From NCBI GenBank assembly GCA_002269645.1, contig NIVC01000152.1:901176-965175 (forward strand): 64,000 nucleotides of DNA, read 5' to 3'. A program made the translations under genes and the position numbers. The first letter of the stretch is position 1, and the number at the start of each line of letters is the position of its first letter. The notes beneath the pieces are model-generated. The model was not told the origin of the DNA and did not search any database. It was given only the letters and a program-made list of their open reading frames with translations. Positions 42,830 to 55,909 of the stretch are shown here, piece by piece. This DNA is from Macrostomum lignano. Taxonomy: Eukaryota.

Positions 42830-43295
42830 ATGTATTGTTGTCTGAAAATGATTTTAAAGCAAGAAGAATCCACCCTGAAAGCTGCAGCTGCAGTCTACAT
42901 ATACAGTCTACGATTGCAGCATCCCCTAATTTGAGCTTTGGCTCCTTTTGATCCATGGCTAACTTTTTCTTTGATGCTTAGCCTTACCATTTAACAACTC
43001 CCAACTCACGCTTTGCAACTCAGCAGTCGCCAAGGACCAATGAGCATGAATTGTATGAGCAGTATATACTCGTATATGAGTTATATACATATGAGCATTT
43101 AAAGTTTAGCTGCAATGCTAACAAGCGGCTTTGAAATAATTTTGCAATATTTGAGCAAGCTACGTCGTCCTGATACAACAGTATAGATAGATAATAAACA
43201 TACAACAAATAGATACTGTGTTCTTAATATCTGTGTACAACAGAAACTTCTTGGTGGTCATTGTCCCCCACAGAACCTTCACATCTCAACAGTTC
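42830..43295 (-). pseudogene. Possible highly decayed eEF1A domain III-like fragment
   Basis: EPKLKLGDAAIVD (~42944-42906) versus eEF1A PKFLKSGDAAIVD, followed by SFSD and preceded by LVLGDC. Spacing is wrong and stops are present. Confidence 0.25.
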
Positions 43296-43305
43296 CCTCT
43301 AATAT

Positions 43306-43640
43306 CAGGGGTCAGCAGACAACCTAGCACATGACTGCGGGCAAGAGGAGGGGAAATAAAGGGAAGGGAATAAAAGAAGAGAGGAGAGGAGAGCAGAACA
43401 GAGAGGAGAGAGGAGACGAATAGAAGAGAGGAGAAGAGAAGAGCAGAGAAGTAGAGAGGAGAGGAGAGGGGTGAAGAGAGAGAAGCGAGACGTAATCTCT
43501 CTCTTGAGAGAGATTCGACAAGGGAGCTGAGAAGAGACACAAAACTCGAGCGGGCCGATATTGCTATTGTATTGCTATTGCCGGATAGAGAGACTTCACG
43601 GGCCGCATGTGGCCCGCAGGCTGCAGTTTGCTGACCCCTG
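43306..43640. mobile_element. hAT (Charlie-like) MITE with an internal GA-rich tract
   Basis: TIRs CAGGGGTCAGCA and TGCTGACCCCTG, with a GGGCCGCATGTGGCCCGC subterminal palindrome. TSD is degenerate. Confidence 0.75.
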
Positions 43641-45191
43641 CTTTATATTATCTTTGTCTTTTACACCTCAGCTCAGCAATTTCCCTATGAGCTTTGACAT
43701 CTTAGTAATAATTCCCCCATGACTCTTTTATGGTTGATATATGACAACCATATATGACAACCATGGTTGACATGGCGATTCTTTTATGGGCCTAAATTTT
43801 CGAATCCCTTGTGTGCAAACTGCCAAATATTGACAGCAAAACCTCTGTGTGCACAGATAGTACGAATACATGTATAACGTATAAGTTATACATGTACGAG
43901 TAAAACACACAAGGACGTACTATTCTAGTATGTCCTTGTGTGTGCGGGCACACGGGCTGGAAACCTGCGCCTGTGAGAAAATCTCGTGCTCCTGAATTTG
44001 ATTGCAGCATATCTTAATGGGCCTTTGGTGTAGAAGAGTAGACTTTCAAACATAGTATCATCATAAATGTAGTTTATTTGGCACCGCTTTTATGCTGAAT
44101 GTCTGACTAAAAATTCTACGTTTTGATTACCTAGCTGTGGCTTAGAAGTTGGATTGAAGATAAGTAGCTATATGAAACTGTACGTTCTCCAGATACTCGA
44201 AACTCTGAGTATCTATAGCTACATGTGAATATCTACAAGTAATTAAATGTAGCTCAGCTCGATCAGCATCCATGATCGTGGCTCAGTGCAAGTCAAATGT
44301 TACTAAGTTTAAGACGTTTAGCTAAAAGTTAAAATAAATACATAGTATATATTCACTTCAGTTATGGTAAGTTATAAAAATTTTGATCTAGAAATAATGT
44401 AGGTCACTATCTTAAATCTAAATTGTGAGATTTTCTGGAAGAATTTTTTATTCGTGATGCCCACGAATCTGCAATCGCACGGTTTTAACATTAGCGAAAT
44501 CTTATATTTTTGACAAATGTAATTTGCTTGCGTGCTTGCAATTGCTTGCTTTGTTAGTAGCTAGATTTTTATTTATAATGATATGAAAAATGTCAAATTT
44601 TCTTTTTCATGTATCTTGGCTGTTTTGTTTTTGTCCTATAATCTATTCAGTATGGTTGCATATTTCTGTCACTAATAACAATAAGCCAAAATAAGTTTAT
44701 AAGTATAGGTTTTTAGTTGTAGCTATAATAAAATACTATTTAAGAACCTATTAAAAATTCTATTCTTCATTAATATTATCATTTTTAAGCTTACTTTCGA
44801 GCCTTTATACTAATTTTAATAGTAACAATTTTACTATATATATTATACAATATTCCCATATTGGCACAATACAAATATATAGCTTAGGTTATATATATCA
44901 GTCTAATCATTAGACTAATGTATAATATAGATAGTTTAGACAACAATAAATAACAAAAATACTAATAATTATAATAAAGTTTCTGGGCCAAGTAAGTACA
45001 TATTAGCTAAGTATCTGAATCTAGGAAAATAGCATTTAATATAAAATATGAGGCTTTATTAAATGTGTTAATCTTTTGAATATTATAGCTAAGTACATGG
45101 CTAGGCCTTCTTAGTTTAAAAGTTTGCTTTAGTATTAAATAATCTTGCATTCCTGACAGCCAAACAGTCACCTAATGGTTCAGTTGCAGAG

Positions 45192-48100
45192 ATGGCTGAC
45201 CCATCATATGCTTGCACACAATGCTGCAATAGAACTTGCTACAAATGGTGTCTAGTAGAGAGACACAGGCTGCCAGATGACCCTAGCACAGCCCAGAGAC
45301 TGCGCCACGACCTGCTGTGCCCGCCACATGGTCGCACGGGCAGACTCTTAGCTGGCCTAGCTGCTGTGTTGCTCCTGTATGCCGCACTCTGGTCTTTGTT
45401 TCCCGAACTGTCTGTGCCTGGCACCTGCGTAACTGTGCAACTGCCAGACTCTACTAACAGTAGCAACTCGACAATATCATCAGCAAATCAAACTGACTCG
45501 ATCAGGCCATCTACTAATAAGCAGAAGTGCACTGGCGGCCTGTTCGGCCTCTACCTGGTGTTTACGCTGTCAATGCTAACAGGCGAACTGTTTGGCCTGA
45601 TTCCCCGCTGTCCAAAACTGCTGGGCATGCTGCTGGCCGGCTGTTTCCTGCGCAGCGTCCCGTTCCTGTCCGATTTCGCTCTGGCCATCGACAAGACTCT
45701 GTCGTCAACTCTGCGCAGCGTGGCTCTGTGCATCATCCTGCTGCGAGCCGGCCTGGGCCTCGACCCGAAGCGACTCCGCGCCCTGTCGCTGCACGTCGGC
45801 CTGTTGGCATTCGCGCCCTGCCTAACCGAAGCTGTCACTATTGGGATCGTGTCTCACCTGCTGCTCAAACTGCCGTGGGCTTGGGGATTCCTGTTAGGCT
45901 TCGTACTGGCAGCCGTGTCTCCAGCCGTTGTTGTGCCATCTATGCTGGCTATCAGTTCGGAGGGCTACGGAGTTGCTAAAGGAATTCCAACGCTGGTGAT
46001 TGCTGCCGCTAGCGTCGACGATGTGCTGGCAATCACCGGATTCGGCGTCCTGCTCAGCATCGTGTTTGGCAGCGGCGAGAGCCTCGCCCTGACCATCGCC
46101 CGCGGACCGCTCGAAGCCCTACTAGGCGTTGTTGTTGGCATCGTCCTGGGCCTGCTGCTTTGGTTCCTGCCGCCGGCCGGTCATCGCCGCTTCGTGTTCT
46201 ATCGATTCTGCTTTCTGGTGGCCTGCGGCCTCGCACCCCTGCTTGGCTCCGTTGTGCTCAAACTGCCCGGCGCCGGCGCTCTGGCCTGCCTGACTGCCGC
46301 TTTTGTGGCCGCCATCGGCTGGCGATCTCGCGACGGTTGGACTGACGATAAAAACCCGCTGCTAGCACCGGTGCGTTGCAAAAATACCCTTGAAGGACCT
46401 TAGGCTGGTTGCTGCGTCGCTTCGATGTGACTCCGCACCGCTACCTGATCCTCCCAGGTCATTTGATGGGACTCCGCACCGCTACCTGATCCTCCCAGAT
46501 CATTTGATGTGACTCCGCACCGCTACCTGATCCTCCCAGATCATTTGATGGGACTCCGCACCGCTACCTGATCCTCCCAGGTCATTTGATGGGACTCCGC
46601 ACCGCTACCTGATCCTCCCAGGTCATTTGATGGGACTCCGCACCGCTACCTGATCCTCCCAGGTCATTTGATGTGACTCCGCACCGCTACCTGATCCTCC
46701 CAGATCATTTGATGTGACTCCGCACCGCTACCTGATCCTCCCAGATCATTTGATGGGACTCCGCACCGCTACCTGATCCTCCCAGGTCATTTGATGGGAC
46801 TCCGCACCGCTACCTGATCCTCCCAGGTCATTTGATGGGACTCCGCACCGCTACCTGATCCTCCCAGGTCATTTGATGGGACTCCGCACCGCTACCTGAT
46901 CCTCCCAGGTCATTTGATGGGACTCCGCTACCCCTCTTTGAGCTTTTCCTCTCCAGAAACAATCACTGTGCACTTTAATTCTTGTCACTAGGTGGACGTC
47001 TGCTGGTGGATCGCCCAGCCAATGTTATTCGGTCTGATCGGCGTCGAAGTTGACGTTGGCAGCCTGCAGGCAGACGCAATCGGGCTCAGCTTGGCCGCTC
47101 TGGGCATCGGGCTGCTGCTCCGCATGGTTGCCTCGTTTATCGCGGTGACCGGGGCCGGTTTCACCGTGCGCGAGCGATTCTTCATCCCATTCGCCTGGTT
47201 GCCCAAAGCCACGGTGCAGGCTGCTATTGGGCCTGCCGTGTTGGATACCGCCTACAGGTGCGTATGGAGCTGGTCGAGGGCAGGAGGCGACACAAACGCC
47301 AAGGGAGGGTTGATTTTTTTATTAGAAGCAGGGGGGCTGTGTGCATCCTAGCGCACTTTAAAGCGACATTGTCACACAACCGGCGAGAGGCATTGCTGCC
47401 CATTCTGCCGACTCCCCTGAGCAGGCACACAAGCGCGCAGATACGTACGCAGTCATACGCACAGGCACACACTCACACAGGAGTGCACAGCGGCCCTGAC
47501 TTTATTTATCGTTAGGCATGCACACTTCACTGTGCCTTGGGGGTTGGCCCTTAAGGCCGTTAATTGCACGAGCAGAGCCAGGCCGAGATTCCAATTTAGC
47601 CCCAAAATGAATGTGACTGCACTTGGAATCGAGTCTGGGCCGCTGGCTGGAACATAAGAGCGCTGCGCCCAACAAAGACCCGGGGAGGGTTAGTACAATA
47701 GCATCCAACAAAGACCGGGAGAGGATTAGCAGCGCCCAACAAAGACCAGGAGAGGGTTAGTAACGCCCGACAAAGACCGGAGAGGGTTAGTAGCGCCCAG
47801 CAAAGACCAGGAGAGGATTAGTAGCGCCCAACAAAGACCAGGAGAGGGTTAGTAGCGCCCAACAAAGACCAGGAGAGGGTTAGTAGCGCCCAACAAAGAC
47901 CAGGAGAGGGTTAGTAGCGCCCAACAAAGACCAGCAGGAGAGGGTTAGTAGCGCCCAACAAAGACCAGGAGAGGGTTAGTAGCGCCCAACAAAGACCAGG
48001 AGAGGGTTAGTAGCGCCCAACAAAAACCCGGAGAGGGTTAGTAACGCCCAACCAAACCAGTTAGATATTTGCTTTTACAGAACCGGCGCCGGGCCCGAGG

Positions 48101-48342
48101 CGCAGGCCATGGGCGCCCAGATACTAACGGTGTCTGTGCTAGCCATTGTTTTAACCGCGCCGCTTGGCGCACTGCTCATCTCCCTGCTGGCGCCTCGGCT
48201 GCTCAGCCGTCAGGTGCTGTCCGTTGAGGATGCCAACGATCCGGACGCGATTCCGATGGACGAGCGGCCGCACGAGGCTGAAGACGGTGGCAACTACTTG
48301 CCCGTTGATGGCGACGATTATGATAAAGGCGCTGCTGCTTGA
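45192..48342 (+). CDS. SLC9B2: Na+/H+ antiporter of the NHA/SLC9B family, 568 aa (exons 45192-46370, 46992-47257, 48081-48342)
   Basis: Motifs LLGMLLAG, LRSVALCIILLRAGLGLD, GFVLAAVSPAVVVP, GIPTLVIAAASVDDVLAI and AWLPKATVQAAIGP. Introns are GT-AG, phases 0 and 2, and the frame closes (1707 nt). Confidence 0.95.
46424..46927. repeat. 41-bp minisatellite (GACTCCGCACCGCTACCTGATCCTCCCAGGTCATTTGATGG), ~12 units, in SLC9B intron 1
   Basis: Direct inspection. Confidence 0.97.
47370..47666 (-). mobile_element. tRNA-derived SINE, family A, copy 2 (SLC9B intron 2)
   Basis: Colinear with 1-252 and carries an extra ~40-bp segment; B-box-like GACTCGATTCC on the minus strand. Confidence 0.75.
47665..48052. 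repeat. 31-bp minisatellite (GCGCCCAACAAAGACCAGGAGAGGGTTAGTA)
   Basis: Direct inspection; it abuts the SINE head and ends ~28 nt before the acceptor. Confidence 0.95.
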
Positions 48343-48470
48343 GTTGCACAATGCACATTAGTTATATCGGCAATGTGGGCACTAGTATTATTTTTAACCT
48401 TATAATATTTGGTTTGTAAAATTTGATAGTATTGGCTTATGATGTTTATTGATTGTAAAGTTTAGGTTTT

Positions 48471-49148
48471 GTGAAGCTTAGGTATTGTGAAGCTTTGGGA
48501 TTATGAAGCTTAGGAGTTGTGAAGCTTAAGGGTTGTGAAGCTTGGGGATTGTGAAGCTTGGGAATTGTGAAGCTTAAGGGTTGTGAAGCTTGGGATTGTA
48601 AAGCTTGAGGATTGTTAAGCTTGAGGATTGTGAAGCTTGAGGATTGTTAAGCTTGAGGATTGTAAAGCTTGAGGATTGTAAAGCTTGAGGATTGTTAAGC
48701 TTGAGGATTGTAAAGCTTGAGGATTGTTAAGCTTGAGGATTGTGAAGCTTGAGGATTGTTAAGCTTGAGGATTGTAAAGCTTGAGGATTGTAAAGCTTGA
48801 GGATTGTAAAGCTTGAGGATTGTAAAGCTTGAGGATTGTAAAGCTTGAGGATTGTTAAGCTTGAGGATTGTGAAGCTTGAGGATTGTTAAGCTTGAGGAT
48901 TGTAAAGCTTAAGGATTGTAAAGCTTGAGGATTGTAAAGCTTGAGGATTGTGAAGCTTGAGGATTGTAAAGCTTGAGGATTGTAAAGCTTGAGGATTGTA
49001 AAGCTTGAGGATTGTGAAGCTTGAGGATTGTTAAGCTTGAGGATTGTAAAGCTTGAGGATTGTGAAGCTTGAGGATTGTAAAGCTTGAGGATTGTAAAGC
49101 TTGAGGATTGTAAAGCTTGAGGATTGTAAAGCTTGAGGGTTGTGAAGC
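48471..49148. repeat. 16-bp minisatellite (AAGCTTGAGGATTGT[A/G/T])
   Basis: Direct inspection. Confidence 0.97.
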
Positions 49149-49347
49149 AACTATAAGCTGATCTTCTCTGCTCAACAAAAATGGCATTAATAAAAGCCCA
49201 GTAGTTTGTACAGCTATTTTAATGGTTTCAAACAACACAACTGATGCCTCTATGCTAGTTTCATAGATTAATCATTCGTTGTATTGTCAATTACTATGTT
49301 GCTGTTGTTAGTCTAGTCTATTTTTGTTGCTTAAAATAGCACCTGTA

Positions 49348-49363
49348 CGAGGTACACCCCTCG
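49348..49363. mobile_element. 16-bp mariner end-to-end relic
   Basis: TA|CGAGGTACACCCCTCG|TA. Both ends match the TIR of the element at 54358-54818. Confidence 0.5.
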
Positions 49364-49894
49364 TAAAATGTGGTTGCTTATCGGCAGAATATCGATTTAA
49401 TTGGATTTCTCTCTGTTGGTTTTCTAGAGTAATTATTCGTAATTCCATTAAAAATCAGTAATATTAACCTAGAATATGTTGTAAATCGATTGTCTCTAGC
49501 TTTAAAGTAATCTAGCTCTTAGCAAATTTTATTTTTGTATCAACTCTCACGTTTCGAATCAGTAGGTTATAAAAAAATGTTAGAAATAAAAATATAGCAC
49601 TTACGAGTGTTCGTCAGAGTTTTCGTAATGACTTTGTGTTGGAATGATTCTAATGCTTTGGCTTTCATTTTTTAAAGGCAGACTTTTACTATTTTCAGAG
49701 ATCGAGTTTGTGTTACTAAAAAAATCTTAAGGTCTTAATTGCAGTCGTAATGCTTATGATTTTTATCTAAAAATCCACATTTTAGATGTGCCGCTTTTAG
49801 AGAACACTAATGGTCTTAGCGTTTGCCTGCGTGGGCTGTTAGGGACATTTGCTTGTCTTTCCGCCATTCTTGAGCCTTTACTTCTCTCCTTCCC

Positions 49895-51020
49895 TGTTCC
49901 CTCACCCCCTTGATTTTTCCTTCCCTCACCCCCTGTTCTTTCCTTCCCTCACCCTCTGTTCTTTCCTTCCCTCACCCTCTGTTCTTTCCTTCCCTCACCC
50001 CCTGTTCTTTGCTTCCCCACCCCTATTCTTTCCTTCCCCACCCCCTGTTCTTTCCTTCCCTCACCCTCTGTTCTTTCCTTCCCTCACCCTCTGTTCTTTC
50101 CTTCCCTCACCCCCTGTTCTTTGCTTCCCCCACCCCTATTCTTTCCTTCCCACCCCCTGTTCTTTCCTTCCCTCACCCCTGTTCTTTCCTTCCCTCACCC
50201 CCTGTTCTTTGCTTCCCCCACCCCTATTCTTTCCTTCCCCACCCCCTGTTCTTTCCTTCCCCACCCCTAGTCTTTCCTTCCCCACCCCCTGTTCTTTCCT
50301 TCCCCCACCCCTAGTCTTTCCTTCGCTCACCCCTGTTCTTTCCTTCCCTCACCCCTATTCTTTCCTTCCCCACCCCTGTTCTTTCCTTCCCCACCCCTAG
50401 TCTTTCCTTCGCTCACCCCCTGTTCTTTCCTTCCCCCACCCCTAGTCTTTCCTTCCCTCACCCCTTTTCTTTCCTTCCCTCACCCCTGTTCTTTCCTTCC
50501 CTCACCCTCTGTTCTTTCCTTCCCTCACCCCTGTTCTTTCCTTCCCTCACCTTCTATTCTTTCCTTCCCCACCCCCTGTTCTTTCCTTCCCCACCCCTGT
50601 TCTTTCCTTCCCCCACCCCTAGTCTTTCCTTCGCTCACCCCCTGTTCTTTCCTTCCCCACCCCTAGTCTTTCCTTCCCTCACCCCTTTTCTTTCCTTCCC
50701 TCACCCCTGTTCTTTCCTTCCCTCACCTTCTATTCTTTCCTTCCCCCACCCCCTGTTCTTTCCTTCCCTCACCCTCTGTTCTTTCCTTCCCTCACCCTCT
50801 GTTCTTTCCTTCTCTCACCCTCTGTTCTTTCCTTCCCTCACCCCCCTGTTCTTTCCTTCCCTCACCCTCTGTTCTTTCCTTCCCTCACCCCCCTGTTCTT
50901 TCCTTCCCTCACCCTCTGTTCTTTCCTTCCCTCACCCCCCTGTTCTTTCCTTCCCTCACCCTCTGTTCTTTCCTTCCCTCACCCTCTGTTCTTTCCTTCC
51001 CCCACCACCTATTCTTTCCT
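49895..51020. repeat. ~23-bp polypyrimidine minisatellite (TTCTTTCCTTCCCTCACCCCCTG)
   Basis: Direct inspection. Confidence 0.96.
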
Positions 51021-51269
51021 GCCCTCGTCCTCTCCCCCATTTTTTCCTTCCTTCGCTCTCCACCTCTCTTCCTACTCATACGAGTATATCCCCCCTATCT
51101 TCTTTTACTCAACTCTCTCCTCTCATCCTGTACTTTTCAATCTATTCGTTTCTCCCCACTCTGTCTCCGCTAATCTCGCCTTATAATTTCATATTTTTGA
51201 ATAATCTCGTCATAAATTCAGTGATGTACATTTGTGTTGGTTCTGTATTGTTTGAGTCCAATTTAAAAC

Positions 51270-51682
51270 TCAAACTGGCTGGCTTACTGAGGCCCGACCT
51301 GGCTATCGATCCCCGGCTGCTGCACCTATTCCCCGCCTCCTTCCCCTATCTGATTGGCGGTAGGAAGCGGCCAATCCAGGCGGAGCCAGCTGGCCAGGCG
51401 GAGGCTGCGGGCAGCAACAGCGGCAGCAGGGATGGAGAAGCTACGGCGACAAAGTTTCCAGCTAGGAGTCACCCCACAGACGACGGTTTCGTTCTCTACG
51501 AGATGAATAGAATGTCTTTGGACACCTGCCGGGAGCAGCAGGAGCCGACGCAGTCGACACCAGCACCGCTACAGGATGCTGAAGCTGTTCAACAACTGGA
51601 GAATGCATCGCAGCAGCAGCAGCAGCAGCAGATTCTGCGCGATGTGCTCAAAGCAACGCGAAGACGTTTCACAGCCGATTGA
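51270..51682 (+). CDS. Possible coding exon with poly-Q, unassigned
   Basis: GC-rich island with an open frame of >130 codons (..DGFVLYEMNRMSLDTC..QQQQQQQILRDVLK). No family recognised, and the 5' end is unclear. Confidence 0.35.
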
Positions 51683-52315
51683 GCTGCCTCAGTGTGAAAT
51701 TTTTCTGAGTACGGACTCTGGCAGAGACGGAGATGCAGCAGCACAGTCCAGATTTCTGCTTCTGGCTAGGTGTAACTCTTATTCTTTAGCCCTCTCCATT
51801 TTTTGTATTTAATCCGGTCATGCTTTGGTCATCATCAACAATGAGCTTTGTTTCTTACGGTACATACATGTCTTAATATACTTATTGAGCAGGAGTCCTC
51901 CATTTAACTCTGTGGCTTTACATCTAAAATGCCTTCTTCTCATTATAGTCATTATTCTTGTCAAATCTATTTCGGCTTGAACAAGGTATTCTGTTGTCTT
52001 TTTTTATTTCCCTCTATTCATTTCGTTCGATGCTTTTGAACTGACTTCCAATATAAGATTTTTAATTTCCTACTTTTGATTGATGCACTTTTGCTTTTAA
52101 ACCAAATGATTATGTGCTCGCTTGGTGTACCTTGTAGAGTTGCGCAATCGGATATGAAATAAATGCGCACTTTTGCACTTTTGAGGGCATTAGCTGCTTA
52201 ACTGTTGAGTGCATCCCTGACTCTTGGACTGAGCAGGGTCTTTCTTCCTTCTGACAACTAATCTTACTCGAAAACTGTACGATTTCTCTTGCTTTGCTTT
52301 TTAATTTTTATAAAA

Positions 52316-53762
52316 TCCCTGATTACTGATCCCTGATCCCTTATCAGTGATCCCTGGTCTCTAATCACTGATCCCTGATCCCTGATCACTGATCCCTGGT
52401 CTCTAATCACTGATCACTGATCCCTGATTCCTAATCACTGATCCCTGGTCTCTAATCACTGATCCCTGGTCTCTAATCACTGATCCCTGGTCCCTGATCC
52501 CTGATCCCTGATTCCTGGTCTCTGATCACTGATCCCTGATTCCTAATCACTGATCCCTGGTCTCTAATCACTGATCCCTGATCCCTTATCAGTGATCCCT
52601 GGTCTCTAATCACTGATCCCTGATCCCTGATCACTGATCCCTGGTCTCTGATCACTGATCCCTGATCCCTAATCACTGATCCCTGGTCTCTAATCACTGA
52701 TCCCTGATCACTGATCCCTGATCACTGATCCCTGATCACTGATCACTGATCCCTGGTCTCTGATCACTGATCCCTGGTCTCTGGTCACTGATCCCTGGTC
52801 TCTAATCACTGATCCCTGATCCCTAATCACTGATCCCTGGTCTCTAATCACTGATCCCTCATCACTGATCCCTGGTCACTGATCACTGATCCCTGGTCCC
52901 TGATCACTGGTCCCTGATCACTGATCCCTGATTCCTGGTCTCTTATCACTGATCACTGATCCCTGGTCACTGATCACTGATCCCTGATCACTGATCCCTG
53001 ATCACTGATCCCTGATCACTGATCCCTGATTCCTGGTCTCTTATCACTGATCACTGATCCCTGGTCACTGATCACTGATCCCTGGTCCCTGATCCCTGGT
53101 CCCTGATCACTGGTCCCTGATCACTGATCCCTGATCACTGATCCCTGGTCTCTGGTCACTGATCCCTGGTCTCTAATCACTGATCCCTGATCCCTAATCA
53201 CTGATCCCTGGTCTCTAATCACTGATCCCTGATCACTGATCCCTGGTCACTGATCACTGATCCCTGGTCCCTGATCACTGGTCCCTGATCACTGATCCCT
53301 GATTCCTGGTCTCTTATCACTGATCACTGATCCCTGGTCACTGATCACTGATCCCTGATCACTGATCCCTGATTCCTGGTCTCTTATCACTGATCACTGA
53401 TCCCTGGTCACTGATCACTGATCCCTGGTCCCTGATCCCTGGTCCCTGATCACTGGTCCCTGATCACTGATCCCTGATTCCTGGTCTCTTATCACTGATC
53501 ACTGATCCCTGGTCACTGATCACTGATCCCTGGTCCCAGATCACTGGTCCCTGATCACTGATCCTTGATTCCTGGTCCCTGATCACTGATCCCTGGTCAC
53601 TGATCTCTGATCCCTGGTCTCTGATCACTGATCCCTGATCCCTGATCACTGATCCCTGGTCTCTGATCACTGATCCCTAGTCCCTGATCACTGGTCCCTG
53701 ATCACTGATCCCTGATTCCTGGTCCCTGATCACTGATCACTGACCCCTGATCCCAGATCACT
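52316..53762. repeat. Complex 7-bp-unit repeat (GATCCCT, GATCACT, GGTCTCT, GGTCCCT, AATCACT variants)
   Basis: Direct inspection. Confidence 0.97.
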
Positions 53763-54357
53763 AACGGTCCCAGAGGCTTGGCTTCAATTTAAAATTTAAG
53801 GAAGAATTAGCATTAGCGACAACTTTTTCATGTTTTTGTCTCTATCAGACCACATGGGAATCGCTACTAAATTGACTTATCATATTGAATATTTACGAGC
53901 TAGTATAAAAATTATACTGTAAAAATATTAATTTTGTTAATATAAAGCAGCGCGATGAAAGTTGTTACAATGTCAAAGGAAAAAAACTTCCATCAATAAA
54001 AAAGTTCTTAAAAAGCAGGAGATTACGAGTCTTCATGTCTTCATGGGTTCACTACGGGGTAAAAATAAAAAATAAACTCGATTGTAAAAACAGCTTAATA
54101 GCATCGCGTCAGCAGTTGTCACGCAGCTGCGGCTTGCATTAAACTAATAAGGAAGTCGGATCGCATGGTATGTTGCTAATTCTAGAAAAAGTATTGTGGA
54201 TTAACAATTTGGGAAGATTGTATGGCTATTCAGAAAAAAACTGTTTGAGCAACCAGCACTTTTAAACAAAAAGAATTAATATCAAAATCGTTCAATTGTT
54301 TCAGCTAAGAGGAAGATTAAAGGAATATCTTGTGTGTAAAAAAGAAGTGCATATGTA

Positions 54358-54818
54358 CGAGGGGTGTCCCAGAAGTTGTGTCACTTTTGCTTGCTTCCAC
54401 AAGTATTAATGTGTGTCGAAAAAATCATGTGCCTTAAAATTTAGCGGCTTATTTTAGCTTTCATGCCACGAAAGTCCGATTTTATAAGTGCTTCCTGCTA
54501 TAAGCAGCATGCATTTGTTCGCATACCCTTAGCCATAGAAATACACACCGCATTGTGCTTCTATGCTCACTCAGAAGGCCACAAGTACAGCTGATCAAGC
54601 ACAGAGTTGCAAGACAGAAGTTCGAGGCTGGCCGGCAGTATGTTTTGCCAACTTACCCGAAGGTGGTTGGCCTTTGATATCTACAGCCAGTCTCGAACTG
54701 TTCGATCCACCTGTAAACTGTTCGTCGACTGATGGAATCGGGACCGTGAATGCGGGTCAGGTTTTCGTGAATTTCAGGGAAGCAAGCAAAAGTCGCACCA
54801 CCTCTGGGACACCCCTCG
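54358..54818 (-). mobile_element. Internally deleted mariner element with a transposase HTH fragment
   Basis: 16-bp TIR CGAGGGGTGTCCCAGA and TA TSD. The minus strand gives EIHENLTRIHGPDSISRRTVYRWIEQFETG, typical of mariner N-terminal HTH domains. Confidence 0.88.
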
Positions 54819-55046
54819 TACATTACTCGTATGAGTCGAAATACAGGGAGGGATTCGCCATGAGATTCACAATGGTGCGTACTTTCTATGTGATTACACG
54901 AAATCTCAGCCTTCATTTAATGGCCCTGATCAGATTTCCAAAGCATTCACGAAAGATTGAATCATCTTCAATAGAACTTCAAAGCAGCGCACGTGCTTGA
55001 ACCAAGGACTACTAAAGCACCGTAGAAGGACGCAACACCCGAAATC

Positions 55047-55572
55047 TATGGAAAAAGGCCACTTTTCGTCGAAAAACACACTACGGAGATAGGAAGTTTT
55101 CATTTTTCAGCACAAAAATTGTTATTGCTAGCTTTTGATAGGAGGCAGACCCAGTGTTCATCTTTTGACATGCTGTGCCTTTCTTACATAAAATGTAAAT
55201 TTTTTATTCAACGTACATTTCCTGTACCTAATAACATAAAAAATGCATGGCACAGCTCCAATCTTTGGTTCTATGAATCTATTTTATCATCACTGTTACG
55301 CATATTGTTACACAGTCAGCGTAGAAGGACAAAATAGACTCCTAAAACCAATGAGGTACGTAGAGTAAGAAATTAACATTGAATCCTAATTTTCTGAACG
55401 AAAAGCTTTATGAATATCAATAGAGCAATAAGAAAGGCACAACATATCAAAAGATGAACATTGGGTCTGCCTCCTTTCGAAAGCAATAACAATTTTTGTG
55501 CTGAAAAAATGAAAACTTCCAATCTCCGTAGTGTATTTTCAGCGAAAAGTGGCCTTCAAAACTTTTTCCATG
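55047..55572. mobile_element. MITE with ~125-bp imperfect TIRs
   Basis: AAGGCCACTTTTCG..CACTACGGAGAT..CAGCACAAAAATTGTTATTGC..GGAGGCAGACCCA is mirrored at 55430-55556. Confidence 0.8.
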
Positions 55573-55909
55573 AAACGTGAGTGTCGCGTCCTGTCTATAC
55601 GTTGCTTTAGTTGTCCTTGGCTTGAACGTGTAGCTCGGAGAGTAAGAAATTGCCGATAAGATAAAACTACGAGTAAGATTAAAGAAACAACTTCATAACA
55701 ATCGAACTCATGAGTAACCTCCATAGAGAACAACTGCATCTAAGCCATTCACGATACGATATAAAACAGACAGGTCAAGCAACCAAGCTGACTTGATTTT
55801 ACCCCCCCAATTATTGATGGGTCTGTTAAACGACCATCGGTATCTTTATCTTATTTTTCTACTTAAAGTAGCTCGACGCGCGTGTTTTTATTCTCTCTCT
55901 CTCTCTGAA

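Noticed and set aside
54820-55040. ORF 54563-55000 and flanking coding-like DNA
   Set aside because: It is a chimera of the mariner antisense strand and unassignable flank, with no motif recognised.
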